A stretch of DNA of 64,000 bases from Styela clava (lineage: Eukaryota). Of the stretch, positions 36,405 to 49,609 are shown in pieces (positions within the stretch are counted from its first letter, which is position 1; each line of letters starts with the position of its first letter). Where the stretch lies: NCBI RefSeq assembly GCF_964204865.1, contig NC_135258.1:5146001-5210000 (forward strand), written 5' to 3'. The notes beneath the pieces are model-generated. The model was not told where the DNA came from and searched no databases. It saw only the letters and a list, made by a program, of their open reading frames with translations. The translations under genes and the position numbers were made by a program.

Positions 36405-39400
36405 ATGACTTTACGAAACAATCGTACAAAATATGAAAAGATACCACTTAAAGATTCGTCTTCAGGTGACGACGATTCGGGGACTCATTCTAGCGAAAGT
36501 CCAACAATAAAAAAGAAATCTCTAATCAAATTAAAACGAGAAATTGGAATATTTTCTGGGGTTTGTCTTGTCGTGAGCACCATGATAGGATCAGGGATTT
36601 TTGTCGTCCCAACTGGAGTTTTAAAATACTGTGACGGGGATGTAAAATTGAGTATTCTAATCTGGGGTATCGGAGGCATGATTGCAATGCTGGCAGCATT
36701 ATGTGTTTGCGAACTTGGGGCTTCAATACCCGAATCAGGGTCTTGGATGACTTTTATTCACTACTCCTTTGGACCGCTATTATCATTTATATTTACCTGG
36801 ATGACTGTGGTTGTATCGGCACCCGAGGGATTAGCTGCGCAGTTTATAGCGCTCGGGGAATACATGACAAGACTGTACTTTGAGGCTGGGAAATGTGAAG
36901 TTCCTAACGCGACTTTGCTGAAGAAGTTACTCGGCGTTCCTGTTGCATTGGTGATTATGGTGTTAAACATGACGAAAGTGAAATGGGCCGTCAGACTGCA
37001 GGTAATTTTCCTTTTTTTTATGCGACGCTCCGAACAAGGTCACCGAAAAGAAAGCTACTATTATATGAAACTACCGGATTAAAACTCTTTGAACCCTGAA
37101 AGCCGCTAAAGCGGCTTTCCCGAGAAAGTCTTCTGACGCTGAAAGCCGCTTTAGCGGCTTTCGCATCCCGTAAGAGGTATGCAACTTTGAAACCTCATAT
37201 CTCGCGAACCATTTATTATATTTAGACAAGTTTTGCATCGTGTGAAAGATAATCTACAGGACTAAGTATAATTTTAAAATTGAGATAAAATATTGTGATC
37301 ATCTTATGAAAATTGGCAAAATTAAAAAGCATAAAAAACTTCTGAAAATTGCTCAAATCTAATTGACAAAACTTCAATTTGTTTTCGATTAAACCTAGTA
37401 CATTATCGACAAAATTTGTAGAATTTGAAGATAGCTTTCCAGTGATACCATTAGATTGAACTTATGTTGCACCATTCAAATTTTAGAAGCATTTTTATTC
37501 GTGATTTTGTTTGTCGCAAGATCGAGGCGACGTCAAGGTGACGTAAATAACGACCTAACACATTTACGCCGTTACGCAGCGACGTTAAGCAATTACGTTA
37601 GCATGTAGCACGTTTACGTTTCATACGGGAAACACTTTTCCTCGCATGTTCGTAACGTCATTTACTTAAGTTCGTACTCGTGAAGCGACTAACGACTTGT
37701 AAACGATACACGGGGAAATTTACGCATTACATCCAGCCTCAAAATCGGTTCGACTAAAACACACAATACGCAGTGTTATTTCCGTTTTAATTGCATAAAG
37801 ATATGAAAAATACGAATAGCAAAAATAAGGATTTCTAAAAACAGAATGATGGAACATATCGATGGATGCATTGTTTAGCGCCATTGCTGAGTTTTATTGT
37901 GCCATATATTCTTCTTCCGATAGATGAATACTATCCAATATTTCAACTGGACAAAGCTTTCGTTTAAAATCCATTGTAAATATAGCGATATCAGGAATGT
38001 AGCGTATATGCAGTAATTTCGAAAATCTAATGTGGCCGCAAACTGTAAAACACTGACCAAGTGAGCTACTGGTGCCACCATGTCTTCCATGTACCCGTTA
38101 TCAGATTTTTTTTTTATTATTCAATCTTCATGATATCCAACGGGGAATGAATAATTAGCCTTGATGTTTCCGGCGGAACCTCATAAATGCATGAGGATCA
38201 AATATTTCGTTTTGGCCTTTCAATTGCGTCCCATATCCAAATAGTAAACGTATATAAAATGGCCTTTATATTCTAGCAATTTTACTATGTTCAATCAAAA
38301 TTCGTCTGAAAGGGTTTTATCTGCGGCCGAGGATACGATACTGATGCAATGATGACACAATCTGCACTCAAGCTGTGAACGACCAGATGTGCAATTGCGC
38401 AATATACCTCACGCAAGGAGTTACGCACGATACGTCGCATGAACGTTATCACGACAATGTCGTCGTCGCCCTTTGCGTTCTTACGCAAACTTGGCGTCAA
38501 AATAGTTGATCAATTTTGTTCGCAAACCATTTGAATCGATAGTACAAATTCTGCAATAAAATGAGTTATGCGTATGTTAAGAAATTCATCCGTATATCCT
38601 TCGAAATGTAATTTTGTCTACTTTTCAAAATTTTACTAATATTGATGATACATTTCTAAAAAATGTATTAAATATTACCAAAATACAAAAAAATAGTAGA
38701 TGGGGCTAAAAATAGGCTTACACATCTCATCAAAACATCTCGTGAAAAATAATGCCAGTTAAAAATAAAAGACTAGATAAGCTTTTATATGACATATTAC
38801 AGACCATCTGATATCTAATGGCCTTTGTTTTGAAGGTTTTGTCTTAAAAAAAATGTTGTCCGTAGAAACGTCCTGATTTTGACATTTGTTTCTATTTGTT
38901 GTCTTATTTTAGGGGCAGAGCTTCTTATACCGGATACCTATATTGGTCAGTTCGAACAATTGATTTGCTAGAAATGTTAAGACACGGTTCGTACTGGCAT
39001 GAATACACTTTGTTTATTACATTTCGTTCTTTGTTATTATTCATGCCGGATGTCCTTATTTTTGGGTTCATATCGATGGCAGCCGTGACTGTGGTACTAG
39101 CTCGGGATAGATATCATGCCATAGTATTAGCTTCACCCGTCTCACTTGATTATTAAATTAACTCCATTTTTCTTTTCAGATTTTCTGTGCTTTCGGAAAA
39201 GTCGTTGCACTAGTTGGAATATCAACAGTCGGATTTATTCAACTTTTGAAAGACAGCACCGTTGCCAGAAATAATTTTATGCCTGGACCATCGAACGCAA
39301 GCTCCTTGACTGAAAGGTAATAAAACAAACATTTACCTGACTCTTGTTCCCTGGAAGATTATCCCTATAGATTATCATTGTAAAAAATTTAAACGCAACG

Positions 39401-42400
39401 AAAAACTGTAAAATACCACGCAAAACTACCAAAACGATACAATGTTCACTGGTTGAGAATCGATGAATTAGGCCGTCGCCATTACCTGACTGAATTGGCA
39501 AGCTCGCCAGTACATTTTCGGTTATAATTATGATCAAATTCATCATAAATATTCAAACAGCTAAAACTAAATAATTCATAATATATTGCAAATATAATTT
39601 GGCGGCGACGAAGAATATTAAAGTATGTAGACACATATAAACTTAGTGTTTGTTATTCTCTGTGATGTCTCGCGCGGATAAGTCGTTTTCAAACATTCCC
39701 AGTTTTCTCATTTCCAAATTTTTTGAGCGGATTAATTTAAACATTCATGAAGGGAGGTTAGACGAAAGATGTAAAGTTACCAAGCCGATACGTTCGTCTT
39801 GCATTAACACTTGTATAGCAGTCCACAAGTACTGTGAATGGTAAATTCCCGAAAAACTTATAGAAAATACAAAAACCACCTAAAACTACAAAAAAATCAT
39901 AAAAAATGCAAAACCGTCTTTTTAGGTTTGCAATCTCGATCCAGATGTCGATTTGGCAATTTTGTAATGGCGGTTTGTAAAGTTCATATCTATCGCTCCG
40001 TGAGAAAGTTTCGCCGTGAGAAAATATTGTATCCTTTCTTCTATCCGAGCAACGGATTACTTCGGTATCTTTGAGCTTTGCAATTGGAGAATAGGCAACT
40101 GGCATTCGAAAATAACAAGTTCATTATTTGCGTCCTTATACGAACAGGGGTCGGGAGTAGGAGTTTTGCATGTTTTCACTGGAGTCGAATCGTATATTTT
40201 AAATCCCCTCAGTCGACAATCAGTGTAGAAATTATGGTGATTGTAGTAAAACCATTCAAGAGAAACTCATTTAGACCGTTTTTACTTATCGATCTGTTGA
40301 TAGGTATTTGTCTTTCTGCCTGGTGGATGCACGCGATATCTCACGATGGCGTCTTTGAATCTGCTCCTAATTTTGCATGTGCATTCATCATATCTCGGAC
40401 CAGGAGCCTATTGATTTTGGATGATTAGTCGTACTCGTAACTCGTATAATTAGCGAGGTATTGATTAATTAGTGATGGGACACGCGGTGTCACTATAGAG
40501 TCATGAATCGAAACCGCAGTTTCAATCGATAAGTCTTCGGTCTCCGACCGATTTTCTCGTTTAGACTTTTATTATTAACTTCAGCATCACTGCTATTCTA
40601 AAACGAGAAAAAGAAGAATTTACAAGATGTAGCAATCTTGACGCACGCTATCCAAATAAAACCCTCGCTTTGCCACGCTTTGCCTTCAAATCGCTCGGGG
40701 ATGGTGCCACAATAGGCGACGCTAATGCAATTTCATCACAGTTATAAAATTAGTCGAAAAATTCTATCAAAACTCAAAAAAACATCAAGTTTATTAGGCT
40801 GTATTATCAATGGTCTATTAAGGAATGCATTCGTTTTTATTACCAAACCTTGAGTCAAAAATTATTATTAAACTGAATTCAATTATATAATTTTTAGTAG
40901 TTAAACTTAGAGCTCTTTGCTCGAATGCTAAATTTAGAGAATTTTGCTTCGTCTTAATTTTGGTGGGTTCAGACCGGGCAAATCGTTTCCAATCAGTGGG
41001 TCTAGTACTCAATGGTCAATTTTTCGATTTACGGCAGTACCGGTGTCACTTCACTTTTCAATAACTATAAACACTAATCTCTAGCTTGCGTTTCTACTAA
41101 AATACCTTCTTTTACATATTTACAATTTAATTTTTCATTCTTTTTAGAGACAGTCATTTAGTCTCAACTGGAGTCGGGATAAGCGCAATAAGTTTGGCAA
41201 TATATCAAGGACTATGGGCGTATGATGGGTTTGAAGTTGTTACAATCGTAACTGAAGAGGTCAAGAACCCTTCACGGTCGTTGCCGATTATAACAATCAT
41301 CGCTGTACCGCTGGTAACGTTGTTATACATGATTGTGAACGTGGCATATTTTTCAGGTGAGTGTTTCAAACTGGGTCACGGAGAGGGGGGTTACACGATC
41401 GAAGGCATTTATTGTGCTGCTTGAACCACATTTGTATTGCTTAATTCATTCCAATTTGATTAGTAAGGCACATTTACCGTCCCAAATTCCAGCCGACTAT
41501 AGTCTGCATTTTGAAAATTCTGTAATTGCTTACCAGAAAGACAAATAAATGGGAGTTTTCTTTATAGATATAGGTGGAGGGCATTTGCCGTAGGTACTAC
41601 ATCAATTGGTTTAAGACTTTGACTGCTATGCAAATTTTTTTTTTCTTGTTTTATTTGATTCCAATTGAAAACGTGGCGCATAAACTAACTGATGGAGACG
41701 CGTTATAAGCAAAACTAAGCAGTTTTATCGAAGTGCAGGGAGCCGCAAGCGTTAGGGATTTTTGGAAGCGGGAAACAAATCGTGAATGTTTGAGAATCGC
41801 TGGTATGATATTTTGAGTCTTTCTAGAAGTTCTCAAACTTTTCTAGTCGCGCTCTTTTTTTAGAATTCGTCAAGTCTCGCGCATGACCTCAAAAATAACT
41901 AGCTAAAAATGAGATACAAATAACAGATAGAAAGGCCGAAAGTATGTTTCATTCCAGAGATCTATCTAAATATATGTTCCTCTCTCTTTCAGTTTTGACA
42001 CCTTCAGAGATGTTATCCTCGCATGCAGTAGCGGTTACATTCGGCCAGCGTGTTCACCCATTCCTGGCCTATTTGATGACGCTTTCTGTTTGCATGTCTC
42101 TGATTGGATCAATCAACGGACACTTCCTGGCAACGGCAAGGGTACCATTTGTAGCGGGGCGACTCGGACATATGCCTGAGGTTTGAGATTCTTGTGTTAC
42201 TTATGGTGATTTCAATTACTAAGGCCACCGACATCGAGAATCAGGGATATACAGGGTGATCCCAAACGAAACAGAATGTCTTAATTACCTCCACGAAAAT
42301 GGTCAAAATTCACTTAACACTTCAACTTCCGGTTATATGTATGATTATACCCAAAAGTTTCAGCAATCTAAGACGCTTTGTTCAAAAGTTATTTTCTCTC

Positions 42401-44609
42401 TAGAATATGTTCCGAATGATCTGGCTATTTTTTTTTGGGGGGGGGGGGGGGGGGGGGGCATTTGCCAGTGAGCAGCCCATATTCATGTAGTATGGTGGAG
42501 CTCATACTGTTGTTGCATTTCACTTCTTGAAGCAATTTATTTTTAACTGTTAAAATTTTATGGCGTTGCTGTATCCCAGATGCATATTGCGTTCTTTAGG
42601 TTCAAATTTTATTTCAATAACCTGTCGGGCGTTGCTTGGGTGTGCTACGATAGGTAGCCCGTTATATTCTCGCACAAGGCCATTACTGACCGAATTCAAA
42701 CTACTGCGGTGTAATGGCGAGTTCTCCCTATTTTAAAAAGATCGGGATCTTCTCAGTTCAGCACTGCCTAACTAATTTATTACAACCTGACTGAGGTGTT
42801 GAACACGAACTGACAGAACAGGACTCAAATCTAAGATCTTTTCATGCCAACGTTGGCACGCATTGGGCACTTTTATTTTTATGTTACTTTGATTTTTCAG
42901 TTTCTCTCCATGGCGCATGTCCGTTACTACTCTCCTGTTCCGGCTATCTTAATATCTATGGGCTTGGGTGCTTTAATGCTTCTTCAAAGCAATTTCGACG
43001 TTCTTGTCACTGCCAGTCTGTTCACTATGTGGGGATTCAGAGGTCTCTCGTTCATTGGACTTCTGTATCTCAGAGTGAAACGAAAAGACCTTCACAGACC
43101 TTATAAAGTAAGTATTCAAATGTTATAACATCGAGAAGTCGCTATGGGGCTATACAAATTTTATGGGAAGATTCCAAAAAAAAATCGTCATAGAGCGATA
43201 TTTTTTTAATCTCGAGATGTCGCTATGGGGCCATACCAAATTTATGGATTAAAAATTTAAAAAACAGGTCTGCAACGCTGTCGATAGAGCTATATATATT
43301 TATTTTTTTTGAAGATGTCGCTATGGGGCCATACAAATTTTATGGATAAAGGTTTTAAAAAAAGGTCGACAACGCTGTCCATATAGCAATATTTTTCTGT
43401 ATTGACCCTGGCAAACACTACTTAAATAGCGGATGTATTGATATATTATCTTATGAGGGTTTGAGGTTAAACTCTGGAATAGAATCACAGGAGAGTCAGA
43501 CATATAGGGTATCCATAAAGTCCCAAAAAAATTCAATTTGGTTATGAAGTGAGTTCTCAATATATCTTAACCGAGTTTGTTGTTTTTTGATCAGTAATTG
43601 TTAAGTATTTTTACTTCATTTAATACATCTGTGAGGGCCAAAACAATATGCGGTATCTTCAAATTCCCTTTGCAATTTCGAGACAAAAATTTCAAGACTT
43701 CATGGACACCCTATATGTCTGAGTTAAGCAATGGGATTGACTAAAATACCTACAATAATTAATCAATGGTCCGATTAGATTTGTCATATACGTGTCACTT
43801 TCCACTATTTATATTTTCTAACATTATTGCGAGGTTTTAGACCCGAACTTTAATTCCTTTCGATTGTGTGAATTCCCCATATGTGTGACATATTTTTCCC
43901 CATCTTCCCATCGTGGTTTTGACCTACGCGCTAACCGAAACGATCTCTTCATTTTTTTAATGGTAAAAGTTTGACTTTTTTTCACTCCTGTATTAATTGC
44001 TGTTAGACTTGATCGCGGGTGTCGATGCTCGATAACCAGTATTTTTTTCGCGCCCCCCTCGCCCGGAAATGCCATAAGTACGTTTCTTTATTATATTTGT
44101 TTGTATAAGGGTATCTTCAGTATGGTAAAAATAAATAGAATCTTTTATTCAGAGCCCCCGCCCAAAAAAAAAAACACCCTCGCCAACGCTTAAAATAAGA
44201 GACTTAGTGAATATCCAGTTAAGGTAAGGTTTATGAAAGCAGATTGCGCTGGAATTTCGAATCAATCCTAACCCCGACTGGATATTTACTAATTTGTTAT
44301 TTTGAAACGTTGCATTAGTGCTTTGTACGAAAGATCCACAATAATAAAGTACTGCTTACTTTTCAGGTCTACACGGCAACAGCAGTCATGGCTATACTTG
44401 TGTCAGCATATTTAATAGCGGTACCATTAGTATTCCAGCCAGAGCCGTTATACATTCTATCCGTCGTTTTGATTGCAGTTTTTGCTGTTATGTATAAGTT
44501 TGTAGAAAAGGGGAAATTACGAATGTCTGGTATCGGACCTGTTTCCATATTTCTACAAAAAGTTCTTCTCGTCGCACCTACATCACGTGTGGCACATCAC
44601 ACGACTTGA
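36405..44609 (+). CDS. SLC7 family L-type amino-acid transporter light chain (b(0,+)AT/SLC7A9-like), about 526 aa
   Basis: Exons join in frame with GT-AG sites: 36405-37001, 39180-39316, 41148-41356, 41993-42180, 42901-43107, 44367-44609. Motifs LKREIG, MIGSGIF, ELGASIPESG, the extracellular Cys in GKCEVP, GLWAYDG, TEEVKNP.RSLP, NVAYF, GHMPE.LSM, RPYKV. Confidence 0.93.
37079..38800. mobile_element. Possible decayed piggyBac-like element in transporter intron 1
   Basis: Begins at TTAA and has two perfect subterminal hairpins GAAAGCCGCT-NN-AGCGGCTTTC (about 37098-37162). Minus-strand peptide scraps (ILNESFVQLK, YKGHFIY) weakly recall a DDE transposase. The right boundary is uncertain. Confidence 0.35.
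40280..40546 (-). mobile_element. Helentron/DINE-1-like non-autonomous element, family 2
   Basis: Reverse-complement relative of 50684-50975, with a shared core and CTTATCGAT/ATCGATAAG subterminal inverted repeats. Confidence 0.7.
43130..43400. repeat. Three diverged tandem copies of 80-100 bp
   Basis: GTCGCTATGGGGC.ATACAAATTTTATGG recurs at about 43138, 43219 and 43317. Confidence 0.8.
43505..43713. mobile_element. Tc1/mariner-type MITE
   Basis: TIRs TAGGGTATCCATAAAGTC / GACTTCATGGACACCCTA flanked by TA. Confidence 0.75.
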
Positions 44610-46740
44610 AAACTGTTGTAAACGCTTCTTCGAGTCTAGCGGTGCACGATCTATGGAGGGCGTGTTAAATATTCAAGAAAAAATGCGGGATAATAAAACG
44701 TCAAGGAAAAGTGACGCGATAACACAAAAATGGCGTCCGTATTGCCTTTTTGTGATAGTGTGACGTCATATAACTAAAGTCACACCACCAAGCGGAATTT
44801 GGAGCGAGCTAGGTCTTATCTTAAGTCCTACGCAAAAGTGACGTCACAATACAAATTTCAGAAAAAGAGAGGGTGAATTAATCAAAAAATGAACGTTAAC
44901 AACGGGAACGTAAAAAAATTGATGCCTGAAGCCCATAACACAAAAGTGGTATCACCATGTAGGCTTCGGGGCCAGCAGAGTGGATTTATCAAAAAATAAA
45001 AGTTGATGGAAGAAAAGCCGATAAAAGTGACGCTATGGCACAAACATTGACATGGCTATGCAGTTTTGGGGAGAACAAAAGACGCTCCCGAAGTATGTGC
45101 ACCAAGACCTGAACCCTAACCTGGTACACAAACTATGTTCAGGTTGTGCGCCATCTTGGTGCACATACTTTTGGTCCGATCAATGTGGATTAATTTCAAA
45201 ATAAAAGTCACACAAGATACGTCATAGAAAAGACGCCGCGACACAAAAGTGACGTAATACTGATGTTTCTGGAGCGAAGAGAACGGATCAGTAAAAATGA
45301 ATATAAAAATGGGGAAAACATCAAATAAAAGTGATGTCGTGACAGTAAAGTGACGTCACATTGCAGATTTGGGGCGAGGGGTAACAGTCAATTGTCTCAG
45401 ACAAAAAAACTATCATGGGGAAATTCTCAACTCAGCAGCAGGTATGTGAACCATCGTGCGACGGTCCAGCAATACTTGACGTGAAATACGTAATACGTAA
45501 AAATTGTACAAATGTGACCTATCGTAACCATCACTGATTCCCTATTTATTGCCATCAAAGGGAATCTCCCTTTAAGCTTTTTCTTTCGAAGAGCTGACTT
45601 TTTCAACGCTAACCGCTACTATTACATTCCTTTGCACTACTGATAAAAACACACTTAGCACCCAACATTTTAGCGGTCATATGCAATATTCCTATTATTA
45701 ATATTTCCGATGCCGTCGTCATTGTTTGAACAAGCTTACACATATTTTTATTCGATGTTTCTTGCACATTCACTCAGAGCAGGGCTCTGTATAAGCAGCC
45801 ACTATTATGTGAGGAGTTACTATTTTCGTAGAGACTAGGCACCGCTTACCCAGTGTGATACACCATAGATACGATATGCATGGGACTTTAAAAGTCTGCA
45901 ATTCTAATATGACAACCAGAGGCCATCGAGTCCACTTAAATATGTTTGGCCATCTTGTTTCTTTTACTACACAATTTATTTTAATTTTTTTGCAATGAAC
46001 TTTTCGTTGTATTAACTTCTCACTAAATATGCATTACAGTTTTGCATTTCGATAACCACGGAACGGTAATTAATATTTCCCGTATCGTTCTGACGAAACT
46101 CTGATCAAGCAGGTACATGGTGATTGGTGAACGACAAATCATTTGCAATATTCCTATCAATAATGTCTCCGATGTCTTCATCGTTCTTAGGGCAAACTTG
46201 TTTGGTATTTTATTTTTGCATCTTCCCACTTTAAACCAGCAATTATTGGAACAACTGGAAACTTCCCCGGTACTACAATGCTTATTCGTTTATTTTACCC
46301 TTGGTGAGGTGGTGGCCTGCAATTTTATTATACTTATATTCAAAGCCCTGACAAGTGGGCCATCGCGCTCACGTACAAGTTAAATCTGTCGTTTCGTTTC
46401 TTTATTACACAATTTATTTTCCACTATACAAAATAGAGTATATTTTTTTTGCATTTGTATTTTGATGAACTATCTTTTCACAAAATATGCATTATCGTTT
46501 TGCATTTCTATCACCACGGTACACTAATTAATGTTTTTCTATCGTTCTGGAAAAGGCTCTGAACAATTAGGCATCTATTTTATGACTTTTTTAAATTACT
46601 GACTTGACTCGTCTGGAGAGAAGTTAAAAGGACTTCTCTCTCTATATATATATTAGAAGATAATTGTTAGAGAATGTTGACGGAATTAACCTGGCTTTTC
46701 CTCTCTAAACTAACCGGCCATCGTCTTCTTTAACCCAGGG

Positions 46741-47059
46741 AGGAGTGTGCAACCTTCGGAGAGGTCACAATTTTAAAAAGGGTGCGGTCCGCAAAACAGT
46801 TTTTAATTTAGTTTTATCTGGTACGTGCGTGTTATTCCAATCCCAAAGTCTGTATTTGAATCCGATTTATTACCTATGCCTTGACGTTACAATATCCTAC
46901 CATTCAACTTGTGCGAAGCAAACAAAGCATGTCATAAGATCAATAACAACATTTTTGTGCCTTCGACTACCAGAAAGCCTATGTTAAATAAAGGTGCGGC
47001 CCGCGGTTTCACCCTGGTATTTGTATCTGTTACTCCGGTATGAAAGGTTGCATACTCCT
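46741..47059. mobile_element. hAT-type MITE
   Basis: TIRs AGGAGTGTGCAACCTT / AAGGTTGCATACTCCT. Confidence 0.65.
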
Positions 47060-47994
47060 CAATTTATCATTTTGTTTTTGTTTGAAATTCATCTCTTCTC
47101 ATATTGTGCACAGTTACAATTCATTTGCCCAAGGTCACAAAAGACTTCTTCTGCACAAAGATACTGCGAAAGCCAAGCATGGAATTGAATCATAATTTTC
47201 ACTTACACACATCAAAAATGGTGTAACAAAAATACTGAAGGACTAACGTCCCGGCGCTTGTCCAGAGCTTAGTTCAGAACGATTACTGCCAAGAATAAAT
47301 ATTTATTCAAACGTACTTAGCATAGTATTTACACTATAACTAGACTTTAACGTGCAACACTTTAATGTTTAAATAGTCAAAGACTGAACAAAATCCAATC
47401 CTTTTGTGTCGTATTTTGATTATGTTAATGGGGTGGATTACATCAAAAATTTGAAGCTTAATCCGGCAATTTCGCAACAACGATCTCCCAATACCAGCCA
47501 CATCACATATAAAATATGTACCACATCATATAGACATGAAGACCAAAGCGAAGCAGTAATCTATCTTACTTCTTACAGTCGAAAACTGGTCGGTTACGGC
47601 TCCCTCCACCATCAAGTCCATGCATCTGGATAAATATACAAATACTGTTATGAAGGGCGTGTAGAACTCGTAATAAAACAATGTTCAAAATCCGCGTCAA
47701 GCTATTACGTCAATGCGTGGGTTCGTTATGGGAGATAAAGCTCAGGAAAGGTGTAATTTTGGGATTAAGTTTTAGTCGTAAAATACTAGTCATCTATGAA
47801 TGAAACACTCACACGCACAAAGTTCAAGTGTTCAATTGTCAGATAAATTTTCTTCATTTTTGTATAAGTAGTTAAGAATTAGTCCTGTTTTTGGTAGCCC
47901 TGCATCACCACGAAGAAGTTATAAAGAATCTAAACTCGCAGTTTGCATGGGATACGTAAACCCACACGACTGTGTATTACAATTCCAACTATCA

Positions 47995-48272
47995 CAGCGG
48001 TTCCCAACCGGAGGGCCCGTGGTCCACACAGCAGTAGGAGGCGGCCACGATGCCAAGCGCAAAACTGATTTCTGTTTCCTGTTCTTCTCAGTTTAATTGC
48101 TTGACAAGGACATTTCACAGGGTGTTTTCAATTTGTTGAGCATGAATTATTTGACCAGACTGGAATTCGTAATCTGTCAATGAAAATACCACGATAAATA
48201 CTACTGTATTGACAAACAGGCGGCTACGAGCCTCTGGAGGGGCCATGAGTTATATAAGGTTGAGAACCACTA
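47995..48272. mobile_element. hAT-type MITE (MER5/Charlie-like ends)
   Basis: Ends CAGCGGTTCCCAACC / GGTTGAGAACCACTA. TSD not conserved. Confidence 0.6.
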
Positions 48273-48700
48273 GCTTGTTATGTTCGTCGTTATTCGCAGT
48301 CCATCAACGTTACTCTGGAATGAAATTTGTTTATGTTATCGTGTCGACCTAATGTTTTGTACTGTAACTTTGTTCAACTCGTCGAGAAATTGGAGTTTTA
48401 ATAATTGATGTTTTGAACTTGGTGAAAATGTTACACTCAGACTGCCTTAATGCCATTGGTGTTATCTCTGGGTTATCAAAATAAATGTTAAATCTGTAAA
48501 ATTATAAAGCAAACAAATATCTGTTAGGTGGAGTATATAGGGAGGCGGTGTTTATGATGGTCGGCCCAGTCCCGTGATGGTCTGTAAAGATTTCGTTCTT
48601 AGCTTGTGTACTTTTTCTGGTTTAAGATTTTTGTATCGCAATTTTGGCGTGAGCTGAAAAGAAAATGTATTCCCATTGCAAAATGGCTGTCCATCTATAT

Positions 48701-49005
48701 CAGACATGGGCAAAGTACTACCAGCGGGCCAAATCCGGACCGTTGGTTAATTCAATCTGGCCCGCCTGATGCTGCCACAATCAATCTGAAACCGAATTTT
48801 TGATGTTTTAGTTCAAAGTAACTCAAGGAATTTGTTGATTGCGGTTAAATTTAGATTTGGCACGTGGCCTATTGTTTTCCATTGTTGCTTGTAACACTGT
48901 AAGTATTGTTCATAAAATCTGACTTTCTTCATCACACTTACATGGACCGCCGGTGAATATGGGCAAAATTTTTGGCCCCTGATTTGAAAACCTTGCCTAC
49001 CCCTG
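48701..49005. mobile_element. hAT (Charlie-type) MITE
   Basis: Ends CAGACATGGGCAAAGT / ACCTTGCCTACCCCTG and perfect TSD ATCTATAT. Confidence 0.85.
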
Positions 49006-49609
49006 ATCTATATCATAGGAGCACGGTCATAAAAATACAGTGCGTAATACTAACCCCGTCTCCGAACAAAAATCTGTGCAAGAAACCACTGACTTATACC
49101 ACCATGTAAGGAGATACTCTATTCATTATTTATCGAAGGTTAACTGGGAAAACTTCGTGGCGAGCTCACTGAAAATGTTCCTCAATTTGGTCTGCCTTAA
49201 TGTCATTGGTGTTATCTATTGGAAATCAAAAATAAAATGTTTCAAAATTATAAAGCAGACAAACGCCTATAGGGAGGGGTAGACAAGAAGGCGGGGTTTA
49301 TAACGGTTGGTCTAGCCCGGTCGCGGTTTTTATACGTTCCGCTCGTATACTTTTCAGGTTAAATTCTGAGAGAGTTTTTGTGACGCAAGTTCTACGAAAA
49401 AGGGTCCCCATTTTAAAAAATAATTGTCTACCCTTGGCGTACAGATAAGGTCATCAAAAATACAGAATATTTATACCGTAATATTTATCTCAGTTGATAC
49501 TTGAGAGAGGTCTCCATGTGCATATGTGCATATTTTATACTATTTCATTTCGCTTAGAACAAGGCCCTGTGCAGTCAGCCACTGGTATCTATTATCATTT
49601 GAGGAGCTA

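Noticed and set aside
42428-42458. T9-G22 homopolymer giving an FFWGGGGGGG ORF or a G-quadruplex
   Set aside because: An intronic simple repeat inside TE-like sequence. Its length is unreliable and there is no evidence of function.
42620-42850. Possible tRNA-derived SINE or tRNA on the minus strand
   Set aside because: Only a degenerate B-box-like motif. No cloverleaf, A box or second copy could be established.
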